Of a stretch of 43,531 bases of DNA, positions 8,857 through 17,592 are shown in pieces. A program made the translations under genes and the position numbers. A model generated the notes under the pieces. That model ran no database searches and was not told the DNA's origin. It saw only the letters and a program-made list of their open reading frames with translations. Position 1 is the stretch's first letter, and every line of letters begins with the position of its first letter. The stretch comes from a virus (taxonomy: Duplodnaviria; Caudoviricetes): IMG/VR virus record IMGVR_UViG_3300037756_000072, positions 1 to 43,531 of that record, one strand, 5' to 3'.

Positions 8857-9675
8857 GTGAAGCGCATCCGCTCCGGCCGCGGGCTTGGGGACAGCCTGTA
8901 CCTGCACTGCATCGTGCGCCACGTGGTCGCGCGCGGGGAGCGCCTGGAAGTCTGCACCAGCTACCCGGGGCTGTTCCCGTTCGATGTCCGGTTCGCGCCG
9001 TGGTCGCGCCAGGCCGACATCACGGTGCACTACGTCAGCGGGAAGAACAACCCGCGCACCACGCAATGGCAGGATTGCTGCACGACCGCCCGCACGCCGG
9101 CGGCGGAGTACCGCGGGCACTGGCCGGCACGCCCCTCGGCGCTTGTCGATGACGTGCTACGCCAGGCCGCAGGCCGGCCGCTGCTGCTGGTGAACGGCGG
9201 GCGCTGGCCGATGGATCGGCTCGACGGGTTCGGCCGCGACCTGCTGCCCGATCCGGCGGTGTTCAACGGCGCGATCGCGCGGCTGCGCGAGGCGTTTTTC
9301 GTCGTGTTTATCGGGCGCGGCGCGCGGCTATTCCCGGTGGCGTGCGACCTCGATCTGAACGACCGCACCGCGCCGGCGGATGTCATGGACCTCGCGACCG
9401 CGGCCGACGCCGGTTTCGCGCAGTGCGGCTTCATGATCCCGCTGATGGAGATGTTCGATCGGCCGCTGCTGGTGATGTTCACCGGCCGCGGGTTCGCGTC
9501 GCGCCAGCGCTGGATCGCGCAGATGACGCCGCAAAAACTCTTGGGGAAAACAACCAGCCGCCATGTCGTCGATGATTGGGAAGCCGCCCGCCGTGCCGCC
9601 ACAGTCAACGCGTTTTGTGCCTCGGTCGCAGGTGGCCGAGTTCTTCCGCGGCAAGTCGGTGGCGATCGTCGGTAG
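8857..9675 (+). CDS. GT9-like (heptosyltransferase-fold) glycosyltransferase
   Basis: N-terminal GLGD motif; C-terminal DL-x-x-RT...L-x-x-x-AD...FDRPLLVMF pattern resembling GT9 GT-B enzymes. Confidence 0.6.
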   Translation: MKRIRSGRGLGDSLYLHCIVRHVVARGERLEVCTSYPGLFPFDVRFAPWSRQADITVHYVSGKNNPRTTQWQDCCTTARTPAAEYRGHWPARPSALVDDVLRQAAGRPLLLVNGGRWPMDRLDGFGRDLLPDPAVFNGAIARLREAFFVVFIGRGARLFPVACDLDLNDRTAPADVMDLATAADAGFAQCGFMIPLMEMFDRPLLVMFTGRGFASRQRWIAQMTPQKLLGKTTSRHVVDDWEAARRAATVNAFCASVAGGRVLPRQVGGDRR

Positions 9676-10285
9676 CGCGCCCACCGTCCTGCGCAACCGG
9701 CCCGGTGTCATCGACGCGCACGATTTAGTCGTCAGAATAAATAATTTCAAGACCAAGGGGTTTGAGGACAGAGTCGGCCGGCGCACCGACGTTTTCTACA
9801 GCTTCTTCGGCACGTCCATCAAGAAGCCGGCGGCGGATCTGATCCGCGACGGCGTGCGGCTCTGCATGTCGAAGCTGCCGAACGCGCGGGTGATGGAGTC
9901 GGCCTGGCACACGCGCCACGGGAAGGAAGTCGGGATCGACTACCGCTACGTTTACCGCAACCGGGCGGGCTGGTGGTTCGGCGACACCTACGTGCCCGAC
10001 GTCGCGGAGTTCTTTCGCAAGTTCGAGGCGCTGGATCGGCACCAGCCGACGACCGGGTTCGCGGCGATCCTGGACGTGCTGTCGTTCGACGTGACGTCGG
10101 TGTACCTCACGGGCTTCGATTTCTTCCGCTCCGGGATGCACAACGTCGACCAGCCGTGGCGCGCGAAAAATCTGGACGACCCGATCCGCCACGAGCCGGA
10201 GCGCGAGGCGGCCTGGATCAAGCAATACGTGATCGACAACCCGAATCGAATCATTCTGGATGACGCGCTGCGTGAAATTCTCTGA
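9563..10285 (+). CDS. GT29 sialyltransferase-like glycosyltransferase
   Basis: Sialylmotif L (SVAIVGSA...IDAHDLVVRINN...VGRRT), S (PTTGFAAI...VYLTGFDFF) and VS (HEPERE). Confidence 0.8.
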   Translation: MSSMIGKPPAVPPQSTRFVPRSQVAEFFRGKSVAIVGSAPTVLRNRPGVIDAHDLVVRINNFKTKGFEDRVGRRTDVFYSFFGTSIKKPAADLIRDGVRLCMSKLPNARVMESAWHTRHGKEVGIDYRYVYRNRAGWWFGDTYVPDVAEFFRKFEALDRHQPTTGFAAILDVLSFDVTSVYLTGFDFFRSGMHNVDQPWRAKNLDDPIRHEPEREAAWIKQYVIDNPNRIILDDALREIL

Positions 10286-10838
10286 CGACCCTGCGCTCGA
10301 GACCTATCTCGAGAAGACGCTCGCGGCGCGGATCGACCTCATCCTGTCGGACCCGTTGCTCGGGCGGATCTACCGCGACTTCGGCGGCGCCGTGTTTCGC
10401 CGCTCGAGTGTCTACCACGGGCTGCGCCGCTTTCTGCGCGAGCAGGAAATCTGGGGCGGCCGCTGCCTCGAGATAGGCTCCTGGAACGGCATCGCCGCCG
10501 CGGTGCTCTCGGAGCACTTCGACCAGGTGATTTCGATCGACGTCGTGGACAACCCGGTCAAGCACGAGATCGCGAAGCGGCTCACGCTCAACATCGAGTT
10601 CCTGCACGTCGCGCAAGCGGTGAAGCCCGCCGTGGTGCGGTCGCTCAAGTTCGATTTTGCCTACCTCGACGGCGACCACGCCGGCTGCACCCGCGGCGAC
10701 TTCGAGCTGGTGAAGCGCTGCGGGCGCGTGCTGTTCCACGAGTACTGGCCGGCGCAGCCGCCAGTGTACGAACTGGTGAATTCGCTCGGGCCGGTCGCTA
10801 CCGGCGGGACGTGTTTCGCGCTGTGGCGCGCCGGGTGA
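10260..10838 (+). CDS. Class I SAM methyltransferase (Methyltransf_24-like)
   Basis: LEIGSWNG motif I; FDFAYLDGDH; VLFHEY. Confidence 0.85.
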   Translation: MTRCVKFSDDPALETYLEKTLAARIDLILSDPLLGRIYRDFGGAVFRRSSVYHGLRRFLREQEIWGGRCLEIGSWNGIAAAVLSEHFDQVISIDVVDNPVKHEIAKRLTLNIEFLHVAQAVKPAVVRSLKFDFAYLDGDHAGCTRGDFELVKRCGRVLFHEYWPAQPPVYELVNSLGPVATGGTCFALWRAG

Positions 10839-11278
10839 CCGATGGATCAGCTCGTCGAGCGAATGGTCGCGCTGCACGGCGTGGGGATCATCAAGCGCAG
10901 CGCCCTGCGGATTGGCGACGGCGCGCGCGTGTTGACGGAGATGCTGGCGGAGCTGCGCCCGCGGGTGATACTCGAGATCGGCACGTACCGCGGCTGCACC
11001 GCCGCGTACATGGCGCAGTTCTGCGAGCGGGTGATCACTGTCGACCTGGTGCACGGCCTGCTCGAGCGCGGGGGCGAGGCGTTCGACCGGCACGCGTTCT
11101 GGCGGTCGCTCGGCGCCGACAATATCGATCTGCATCTGGCCGACGCGGAAGCAGCGAAAGCGCGGCTGATCGAGCGGCTCCACTTCGATTTCGCCTTCAT
11201 CGACGGCGCGCACGATTTCGATTCGGTGCGCGCGGACTTCGAGCTGGTGAAGCGCTGCGGGCGCGTGCTGTTCCACGA
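10698..11278 (+). repeat. Identical 44-bp direct repeat shared by two methyltransferase genes (10698-10741 and 11235-11278)
   Basis: GACTTCGAGCTGGTGAAGCGCTGCGGGCGCGTGCTGTTCCACGA is read at both positions. Confidence 0.95.
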
Positions 11279-11387
11279 CTACGACCCGGCGGCGCGGCCG
11301 CAAAAGAACGGCGTCCACGCCTTGGTGCGCACGCTCCCGGCCGGCCAGGTCAGCGTGCGAGGCATCTTCGCGCTATGGATCGACTAA
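10842..11387 (+). CDS. Class I SAM methyltransferase (Methyltransf_24-like), paralog of the preceding gene
   Basis: ILEIGTYRG; FDFAFIDGAH; VLFHDY. Confidence 0.88.
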   Translation: MDQLVERMVALHGVGIIKRSALRIGDGARVLTEMLAELRPRVILEIGTYRGCTAAYMAQFCERVITVDLVHGLLERGGEAFDRHAFWRSLGADNIDLHLADAEAAKARLIERLHFDFAFIDGAHDFDSVRADFELVKRCGRVLFHDYDPAARPQKNGVHALVRTLPAGQVSVRGIFALWID

Positions 11388-12514
11388 TCCGGCGCTTCGA
11401 CGCCGTCGCCGACGGCGACCTGCGGCTGTGCCCGCACCGCGGGGTGGCCTACCAAAAGGACATGCGCGTCACGATGGAGTACGACCGCGCGTACTTCGAG
11501 AAATTCGCGGCCTACGACGGCGCGCTCGCGTGCGAGATCAACCGGGCGCGTATCGCGTTCGTCGAGCGGCACTATCAGGGCAGATTGCTCGACGTCGGCG
11601 TCGGCTGCGGCCAGTTCGTCGCGGGCCGGCCCGACACCGACGGCTACGACATCAACCCGCACGCCGTCGAGTGGCTGCGACGGCGCGGGTGCTACAGCGC
11701 GGACCTGGGGGCCTACGAGGCCGTCACGTTCTGGGACGTGCTCGAGCACGTCGAGCAGCCGGAGAATTATCTAAAGCGGATCCGGAACTACGGCTGGGTG
11801 TTCGTGAGTCTGCCGATCTTCGAGCGGCTCGATGACATCCGTGCCTCGAAGCACTACAAGCCCGGCGAGCACCTGTACTACTTCACCGAGGCGGGCTTCA
11901 TCGAGTGGATGTCGCTCTACGGGTTCTCGCTGGTCGCGCGCAGCGACCACGAGACCGCCTGCGGGCGCGAGAACATCGGGTCTTACGCGTTCCAGCGCTG
12001 CCTCGCCGACTACCGCGGGCTCCTCGGCCAGTACATCGAGCTGCACGCGAGCCGCCCCTACGGGTTCTCCGGGCGCGACTACCTGGAGCAGGTCGCAGCG
12101 GCGGTGCTGGCGCTCAAGCCGCGCTCGATCCTGGATTTCGGCTGCGGGCGCAGCGACCTGATCGCGCACTTCTGGCTCGACGGCGCGCGCCGTCTCGGGC
12201 GCTACGACCCGGCGATCCCGCAGTACAAGGAGATGCCCGCCGAGGACTTCGACTTGGTGCTCTGCATCGACGTGATGGAGCACATCCGCATGACCGATGT
12301 CGAGCGGGTCTTCGGTGAGATCCGGGCCAAGTCGGGCAAGGTGTTTTTCGAGATCTCGACGAAACCGGCCCGGGCGCACCTGCCGAACGGCATGAACGCG
12401 CACGTGACGCTCCTGACCGAAAGCGAGTGGATACGCTGGATCGCGGACGTCTTCGGGCACTGCGAGCGCATCCCATACCGCATACCGCATCTGCTGATGC
12501 TGAAAACTTTCTGA
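11375..12514 (+). CDS. Tandem two-domain class I SAM methyltransferase
   Basis: Domain 1 LLDVGVGCG...TFWDVLEHV; domain 2 ILDFGCGRS...FDLVLCIDVMEHI. ATG 11375 overlaps the upstream stop region. Confidence 0.85.
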   Translation: MDRLIRRFDAVADGDLRLCPHRGVAYQKDMRVTMEYDRAYFEKFAAYDGALACEINRARIAFVERHYQGRLLDVGVGCGQFVAGRPDTDGYDINPHAVEWLRRRGCYSADLGAYEAVTFWDVLEHVEQPENYLKRIRNYGWVFVSLPIFERLDDIRASKHYKPGEHLYYFTEAGFIEWMSLYGFSLVARSDHETACGRENIGSYAFQRCLADYRGLLGQYIELHASRPYGFSGRDYLEQVAAAVLALKPRSILDFGCGRSDLIAHFWLDGARRLGRYDPAIPQYKEMPAEDFDLVLCIDVMEHIRMTDVERVFGEIRAKSGKVFFEISTKPARAHLPNGMNAHVTLLTESEWIRWIADVFGHCERIPYRIPHLLMLKTF

Positions 12515-12527
12515 GGGCCGAACGCCT

Positions 12528-13160
12528 ATGCCGCTGATCGTCATCACGCCGCTCGACACCGAGCCGGTCTCGCTCGGCGACGTGAAGGAACAATGCCGCG
12601 TCGACAACGACGACCAGGACGGGCTGCTCACGCGGCTGATCCAGGTGGCGCGCGTGTGGATCGAGGAGATCACCGCGCGGGCGCTCGGCGAGCAGACGTT
12701 CGAGCTGGTGCTCGACCGCTTCCCGGTCGGCACGCGCGGGGATCCGTTGCGCGGCAACACGCGCGTGCACGAATCCGGGCGCCTCGTCGGCCCGTTTATC
12801 AAGATCCCGCGCGCGCCGCTGATCGAGATCGAGTCGATCACGTATATCGACGAGGCGGGGGATTCGCAGACGCTCGACGCGGCCGACTACCTGGTCGACA
12901 AGGACACGGTGCCGGCACGCATCACGCCCGCGTTCGACACGGTGTGGCCGCTCACGCAGTTCCGGGTGAACGCGGTGCGCGTGCGCTTTCGCGCCGGCTA
13001 CCAGAACGACTCGCCGGGCGTGGACTCGCCGGACTCGGATTTCCTGCCCGAGCCACTGCGCCAGGCGCTGCTGCTCAAGGTCCAGTCGCTCTACGACGGC
13101 GTCGACCTCGGCATGACGATCGACGCGCTGATCAATCCGTACCGGATACGGGAGTTCTGA
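12528..13160 (+). CDS. Head-tail connector (gp6-like adaptor)
   Basis: EPVSLGDVKEQCRVD, TARAL-x-x-QT, AVRVRFRAGY and PEPLRQALLL motifs. Confidence 0.9.
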   Translation: MPLIVITPLDTEPVSLGDVKEQCRVDNDDQDGLLTRLIQVARVWIEEITARALGEQTFELVLDRFPVGTRGDPLRGNTRVHESGRLVGPFIKIPRAPLIEIESITYIDEAGDSQTLDAADYLVDKDTVPARITPAFDTVWPLTQFRVNAVRVRFRAGYQNDSPGVDSPDSDFLPEPLRQALLLKVQSLYDGVDLGMTIDALINPYRIREF

Positions 13161-13161
13161 C

Positions 13162-13494
13162 GTGCAGGCCTCCAAGCTCGACCGCCGGATCCGGATCGAG
13201 CAGCCGAGCGTGACGCGCAACAACTTGGGCGAGGCGGTCGCGACCTGGTCCACGCTCGCGGAGGTGTGGGCGCAGAAAATCAACCTGACCGGGCGCGAGC
13301 TATACGCCGCCCAGCAGGTCGTGCCCGAGGCGCAGCTTAAATTCCGCATCCGCTGGCGCGCGGACATCAAACCGAACCGCGACGAGAAAATGCGGATCGT
13401 CGACCTGCGCGACGCGGTGACTTACGGCATCCAGCACATCGCGGAGATCGGGCGGCAGGACGGGCTCGAGATCCTGGTGAGGAGTCCGGAGTGA
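13162..13494 (+). CDS. Head closure / head-tail joining protein (SPP1 gp16-like)
   Basis: LDRRIRIEQP, N-x-LGE-x-x-x-TW, VWA, GRE and FRIRWR motifs. Confidence 0.9.
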   Translation: MQASKLDRRIRIEQPSVTRNNLGEAVATWSTLAEVWAQKINLTGRELYAAQQVVPEAQLKFRIRWRADIKPNRDEKMRIVDLRDAVTYGIQHIAEIGRQDGLEILVRSPE

Positions 13495-13871
13495 GCCACA
13501 GCTTCTGGCCGATCGCGGGGCTGGAGCGCGCCGCCTTCGTGGACGTGGACGGTACGCTTGTCCTTTGGCCCGCCCCGGATGTCGGTCGCGTACCGCGCGG
13601 CGGCGAGGCCGGTACCGGCGAAGCGCCTGTCGTCAACGCGAAGCTCGTCGAGCGGTTGCGCGCGCTCAAGCGCGACGGCTGGGAGATTTACGTCTGGAGC
13701 CGCGGCGGGACGAAGCACGCCGATCGCGCGGTCGCGTATTGCGGTATTGCGGACATCGTCGAAGCGACGCTGCCAAAGCCGTCGCGGCTCTACGACGATT
13801 CGCGGCGCGTGCTCGATCAGCTGTCGTCGGCACTCGTGCTCATCGCTGCGGACGGCGGGCTATCGAAGTGA
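13491..13871 (+). CDS. HAD-superfamily hydrolase/phosphatase
   Basis: FVDVDGTL (DxDxT), VWSRGG, PKP and YDD, corresponding to HAD motifs I-IV; overlaps both neighbours. Confidence 0.75.
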   Translation: MSHSFWPIAGLERAAFVDVDGTLVLWPAPDVGRVPRGGEAGTGEAPVVNAKLVERLRALKRDGWEIYVWSRGGTKHADRAVAYCGIADIVEATLPKPSRLYDDSRRVLDQLSSALVLIAADGGLSK

Positions 13872-14344
13872 AGGCCGGCATCCAGCTCAAGGGTCTCGAG
13901 GAAACGGTCCGGGGCTTCAAGAACCTGGGCGAGAAGGCGCAGTTCCGGATTATCCGAAACGCCGCGCGCGCCGGCGCGTCGACGCTGCGCGGGGCGCTGA
14001 AGAAGGCGGCGCCGCGCGGCAGCGGTGAGCGCAGCGACGCGAGCAGCCGCTACGGGACGCTGCGCAAGAACATCCGGGTGGTGCAGCTGCGCGGCGGGAA
14101 AAAGTTCCTGCCGTATTACCGCGTGACGACCGGCGACGCGTTCTGGGGCGGGTTCCTCGACGTCGGGACCGGGCGCTACAACGTCGACCCCGGACCGCGC
14201 GCGAAGGGCGCCGGCGCGCGCACGCACATCCTGCCGAACTACTGGTGGCGCAACACGATCGAGCAGCAGCGCCCGCAGGTGACGCGCGCGATGATCGAGA
14301 ACATCCGCCGCTCCCTCGTGCGGGAGTGGGCGAAGTTGAAATGA
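13868..14344 (+). CDS. HK97 gp10-like tail component
   Basis: LKGLEE, RNAARAGA, AP...GTLRKNI and FWGGFLDVGT motifs. Confidence 0.85.
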   Translation: MKAGIQLKGLEETVRGFKNLGEKAQFRIIRNAARAGASTLRGALKKAAPRGSGERSDASSRYGTLRKNIRVVQLRGGKKFLPYYRVTTGDAFWGGFLDVGTGRYNVDPGPRAKGAGARTHILPNYWWRNTIEQQRPQVTRAMIENIRRSLVREWAKLK

Positions 14345-14378
14345 GTGCCGAATAATTTAATTAAGGAGCAAACACTAC

Positions 14379-14819
14379 ATGAGTGCAACAAACGCTTTCG
14401 AGACATCCCTGCTCGGGTTGATTATCACCAACGTGGCGGCGGCGAACGTCGGCGATGCGGGTGGGTTGCAGCCGTCCGTCACGGCGGGTGTGTTCTGGAT
14501 CTCGCTGCACACGGCCGATCCCGGTGAGACCGGGGGTCAGGCCACGAACGAGGCGGCGTACACGAGCTATGGCCGCGTATCGGTCGCGCGCTCGACCGCG
14601 CAATGGACCGTCGCCGGCGAGGTCGCCGATAACGACAATGCCATTACCTTCCCGGCGGCGACGGGCGGGTCGGAGACCGAGACACATTTCGGGCTCGGCT
14701 CGGCCGAGACCACGGCCGGGAACCTGTTTTTGTACGGCGCGCTGACCGCGGGCCTGGCCGTGTCGTCCGGCATCACGCCGGAGTTCGCCGCCGGGGCGCT
14801 CGATATCACGCTGGATTGA
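14379..14819 (+). CDS. Virion structural protein (neck/fibre-associated)
   Basis: AAGGAG RBS; ISLHTADPG, NE-x-x-Y-x-SY-x-R, ITFP and P-x-FAAGAL motifs of a widespread phage structural family. Confidence 0.75.
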   Translation: MSATNAFETSLLGLIITNVAAANVGDAGGLQPSVTAGVFWISLHTADPGETGGQATNEAAYTSYGRVSVARSTAQWTVAGEVADNDNAITFPAATGGSETETHFGLGSAETTAGNLFLYGALTAGLAVSSGITPEFAAGALDITLD

Positions 14820-14822
14820 CCG

Positions 14823-15059
14823 ATGGTTGCCACCGTCAACAGGAATTTAATGCGGCGCCAGCGCATCGCCGTGATCAGCGAGGGCGATCTGGTCGTGATG
14901 ACGCTCGGCAACGTCGAGGTGAAGTTGCCCTACGAGACCGCGCTACAGCTCTCCCAGTGGTTGCGGGTGCGGGCCAAAGAGGCGAAGCGCCGCGCCGGCG
15001 ACACGTCCCGGCACTGGAGCGTGATCGCCAGCCTCATGGATGCGAATGTGACGCGTTGA
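14823..15059 (+). CDS. Hypothetical protein
   Basis: Tightly spaced in the late operon with a plausible sequence. Confidence 0.6.
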   Translation: MVATVNRNLMRRQRIAVISEGDLVVMTLGNVEVKLPYETALQLSQWLRVRAKEAKRRAGDTSRHWSVIASLMDANVTR

Positions 15060-15065
15060 GCCACG

Positions 15066-15410
15066 ATGGGCCGCCGCATCACACTCGAGATTGCCGTCGA
15101 GGACACCCTGCTCGTCCGGCAGAAGGAGTTGTTAATTGGGACTCCCGCCGAGCCGACCGTAGGTCTTTACCCGGTGCTGGATCGATGGGGCGGTGTGCTT
15201 GAATCTATGGCGGTACGCCGTGTCAATCGTGTCGCCCCTATCTTTCAATTTGTCGTATGGCTCGTTGATCGGGTTACGACAACGACAGCGCTAACCGAAT
15301 TGGAAGTCACCGCGACGCGGTTGCTGACGACAGCGCTTGTCATTTCCGATATCAACGCTCCGACCGCTAACCCCGAGATCCGCAATGCACCACCGCCCTA
15401 TTGGGACTGA
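15066..15410 (+). CDS. Hypothetical protein
   Basis: Co-oriented ORF in a lower-GC stretch of the late operon. Confidence 0.55.
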   Translation: MGRRITLEIAVEDTLLVRQKELLIGTPAEPTVGLYPVLDRWGGVLESMAVRRVNRVAPIFQFVVWLVDRVTTTTALTELEVTATRLLTTALVISDINAPTANPEIRNAPPPYWD

Positions 15411-15577
15411 CGGGCCGGAGTATATAGAAACGCATCGTATTACGAGGTTTCGTTGCGGCCTCTGCCGCGATGAGTTTCCCATTCTCATGGCCGCGCGCAG
15501 CAGCGTCGGCTCGCCGGAGCTGATCACTGTCGCGCCCGGGATACGCGCATTCGTGTGCCTAAGTTGTCGGGCAGCAA

Positions 15578-17188
15578 ATGGCAGCTAAGACCCTTTACTT
15601 TCGCAATCTCCAGGGTGGCGCGCCCAGCGGCTCGTGGGAGCTGCGGGAAGTGTTCCCGACCGGAGCCGAAGACACAACAACGAATCACTCAGGCCACGGG
15701 ACGGCTGATTTCTCGCGAAGTGTTCGGCCGGGAGTGACCGTTGGAACAGGCGGGGCGGCGGGAGAGCCTAATACGGCCTCGCCACCCAACGCGGCAGACC
15801 AGTTTGGATGGTTCAGCGAGCTTTCCTACGCAGGGCAATTCGCGGCGGGCAACTGGACGGTGCAGGTCCGGCATACGGACAACCGGGCGCAGATCAATGG
15901 ACACCCGGTCTTAAATTTCTACAAGTGCACGTCGAAGGATTTTGCCGGAACGTTCACCTTTCTCTTTCAAACAACGGACGATGTCGATTGGTGGACGAAT
16001 AACACCGCCACGCAAACATGGACTGTGGATCCTGGCGCCATCAGCTTCGACAATGAGTTTTTATTCGTCAACGTCTGGTGCCATGAGGTTACTACCAACA
16101 CTGGTCGCTCGCATAGCTTTAATGTTGAAGGGTCGGGGCTTACTGAGAGCACGGTAAGCAAGATCGTCACCAGCGATCTCAGCAGTGGCGCGATCGAGGG
16201 AACGGCACCTGTCGCTTTCGCTGCTGTTGCAACGCTCGCCGGAACGGGTGCGCTCGAGGGAGCGGCGCCCGTCGCTTTCGCCGCCGCTGCCACGCTCGCC
16301 GGCGCGGGCGCGCTCGCCGGCGCGACGGCTGCGGCATTCTCCAATGTCGCGACGCTGATCGGTCAGGGGCTGCTCGCCGGCGCCGTAGCGGTCGCGTTCT
16401 CCACTGCCGCGACGCTCGCCGGCCGCGGCGCGCTGGCCGGCGTGGCCGGTTTGGCGTTCGGCGAAAGTGCAAATCTAACCGCCGCCGGCGGCGGGGAGAT
16501 TGCCGGCGCCGCCGCGTTCGGATTCGCAAATAGCGCCACGCTCGCCGGCGCGGGCGCGTTGGGCGGCAGCGCGGGTCTGACGTTCGGGGCGGGCGCCGTG
16601 CTCGGCGGTCTCGGCCGGCTCGAGGGAACGGCGCCCGTCAATTTCACGGCAGCCGGCACGCTCGCGCTGCCGGCTGGGGAGATAACCGGCAATGCGAGCT
16701 TTACATTCACGAACGCAGGAACGCTTGTCGGCCGCGGTGCGCTCGACGGTACCGCCGCAATGCAGTTCGATGTCGCGGCGGCGGTTACCAGCCCGGTGGC
16801 TCCAGGTTATATGAGCGTCGAAGCCGATCTCGTCGCGGCGCTCGAGGCCGACAGCGCCATCACCGCGCTGGTTGACGACCGGATCTACCTGTTCGAGGCC
16901 GAGCAGGGCCAGGCGCTGCCCTACATCGCCTACGAGGTGGTGGCGTCGGTGCCGGTGGAGAGCCCGGGCGACGCGACCAAGGAGACGAACGAAACGGTGG
17001 TCGACGTGGCCTGCTACGCCGCGACGCTCACCGGCGCCAAGGAGCTCGCGGCGCTCGTGCGCACGCGGCTGATCGAGACGCTCGACACCGCCGTGATCGA
17101 AAACACCCAGGACCAGCGCGATCGCGATACGCGCCGGAACGCCGTGGTTCAAACCTATCGCATCTGGCATGTGGAGGACTTTCCATGA
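15578..17188 (+). CDS. Fibre-like protein (beta-rich head plus ten ~20-aa Ala/Gly repeats) fused in frame to a DUF3168-like tail terminator
   Basis: Repeats of type GALEGAAPVAFAAAATLAGA; the C-terminal ~125 aa from ATG 16811 (VDDRIY...ALPYIAY...VDVACYA) resemble tail terminators and sit just before the tail tube gene. Confidence 0.75.
   Translation: MAAKTLYFRNLQGGAPSGSWELREVFPTGAEDTTTNHSGHGTADFSRSVRPGVTVGTGGAAGEPNTASPPNAADQFGWFSELSYAGQFAAGNWTVQVRHTDNRAQINGHPVLNFYKCTSKDFAGTFTFLFQTTDDVDWWTNNTATQTWTVDPGAISFDNEFLFVNVWCHEVTTNTGRSHSFNVEGSGLTESTVSKIVTSDLSSGAIEGTAPVAFAAVATLAGTGALEGAAPVAFAAAATLAGAGALAGATAAAFSNVATLIGQGLLAGAVAVAFSTAATLAGRGALAGVAGLAFGESANLTAAGGGEIAGAAAFGFANSATLAGAGALGGSAGLTFGAGAVLGGLGRLEGTAPVNFTAAGTLALPAGEITGNASFTFTNAGTLVGRGALDGTAAMQFDVAAAVTSPVAPGYMSVEADLVAALEADSAITALVDDRIYLFEAEQGQALPYIAYEVVASVPVESPGDATKETNETVVDVACYAATLTGAKELAALVRTRLIETLDTAVIENTQDQRDRDTRRNAVVQTYRIWHVEDFP
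16187..16795 (+). repeat. Ten degenerate ~60-bp coding repeats
   Basis: G-x-(L/I)-x-G-x-A-x-x-x-F-x-x-x-(A/G)-T-L units with a 20-22 aa period. Confidence 0.85.
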
Positions 17189-17592
17189 ATCCATTGGTAG
17201 GCCGCAGGGTTTTCATCCGCAAGGGCGACGATTCGCCGCAGGTGCTGCTGGCCGCGGGCCGCACGAAATCGGTCACGGTCAACGGCGCTCCGATCGACAT
17301 CACCAGCGACGACGACAGCGGCTACCGCACGCTGCTCGAGGGCGACGCCGGGATGCTCTCGCTCGACCTGTCGTTCGAGGGCATCACGAAGGACACGACG
17401 CTCCTGAACGCGCTCGCCGCCGGCAATTTCGTCGACGACTACGAGATCGAGGTCCAGGGCATCGGCGTCTTCAACGGGCGGTTCTTCATCACGAGCGTCG
17501 CGCTCAACGCGCCGTACAACGAGGCGGTGACCTTCACCGCCGAGCTGCAGTCGACCGGCGCCTTCACCTTCGAGAACGCGGACAGCCCGTGA
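17185..17592 (+). CDS. Major tail tube protein (TP901-1-like)
   Basis: RTKSVTVN, IDITSDDDSGYRTLL, GRFFITS and YNEAVTFTAELQSTG motifs; GGAGG RBS. Confidence 0.92.
   Translation: MNPLVGRRVFIRKGDDSPQVLLAAGRTKSVTVNGAPIDITSDDDSGYRTLLEGDAGMLSLDLSFEGITKDTTLLNALAAGNFVDDYEIEVQGIGVFNGRFFITSVALNAPYNEAVTFTAELQSTGAFTFENADSP

Noticed and set aside
10811-11374. N-terminal extension of the 567-aa ORF 10811-12514
   Set aside because: Arg/Ala-rich off-frame read of the 10842-11387 methyltransferase; the real start is probably ATG 11375.
10260-12514. Methyltransferases as DNA methylases
   Set aside because: No DPPY/NPPY or PCQ catalytic motifs; motifs fit small-molecule/sugar O-methyltransferases.
15337-15588. 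ORF with two CxxC pairs
   Set aside because: No convincing start codon or RBS outside the upstream gene; may be real but cannot be supported.
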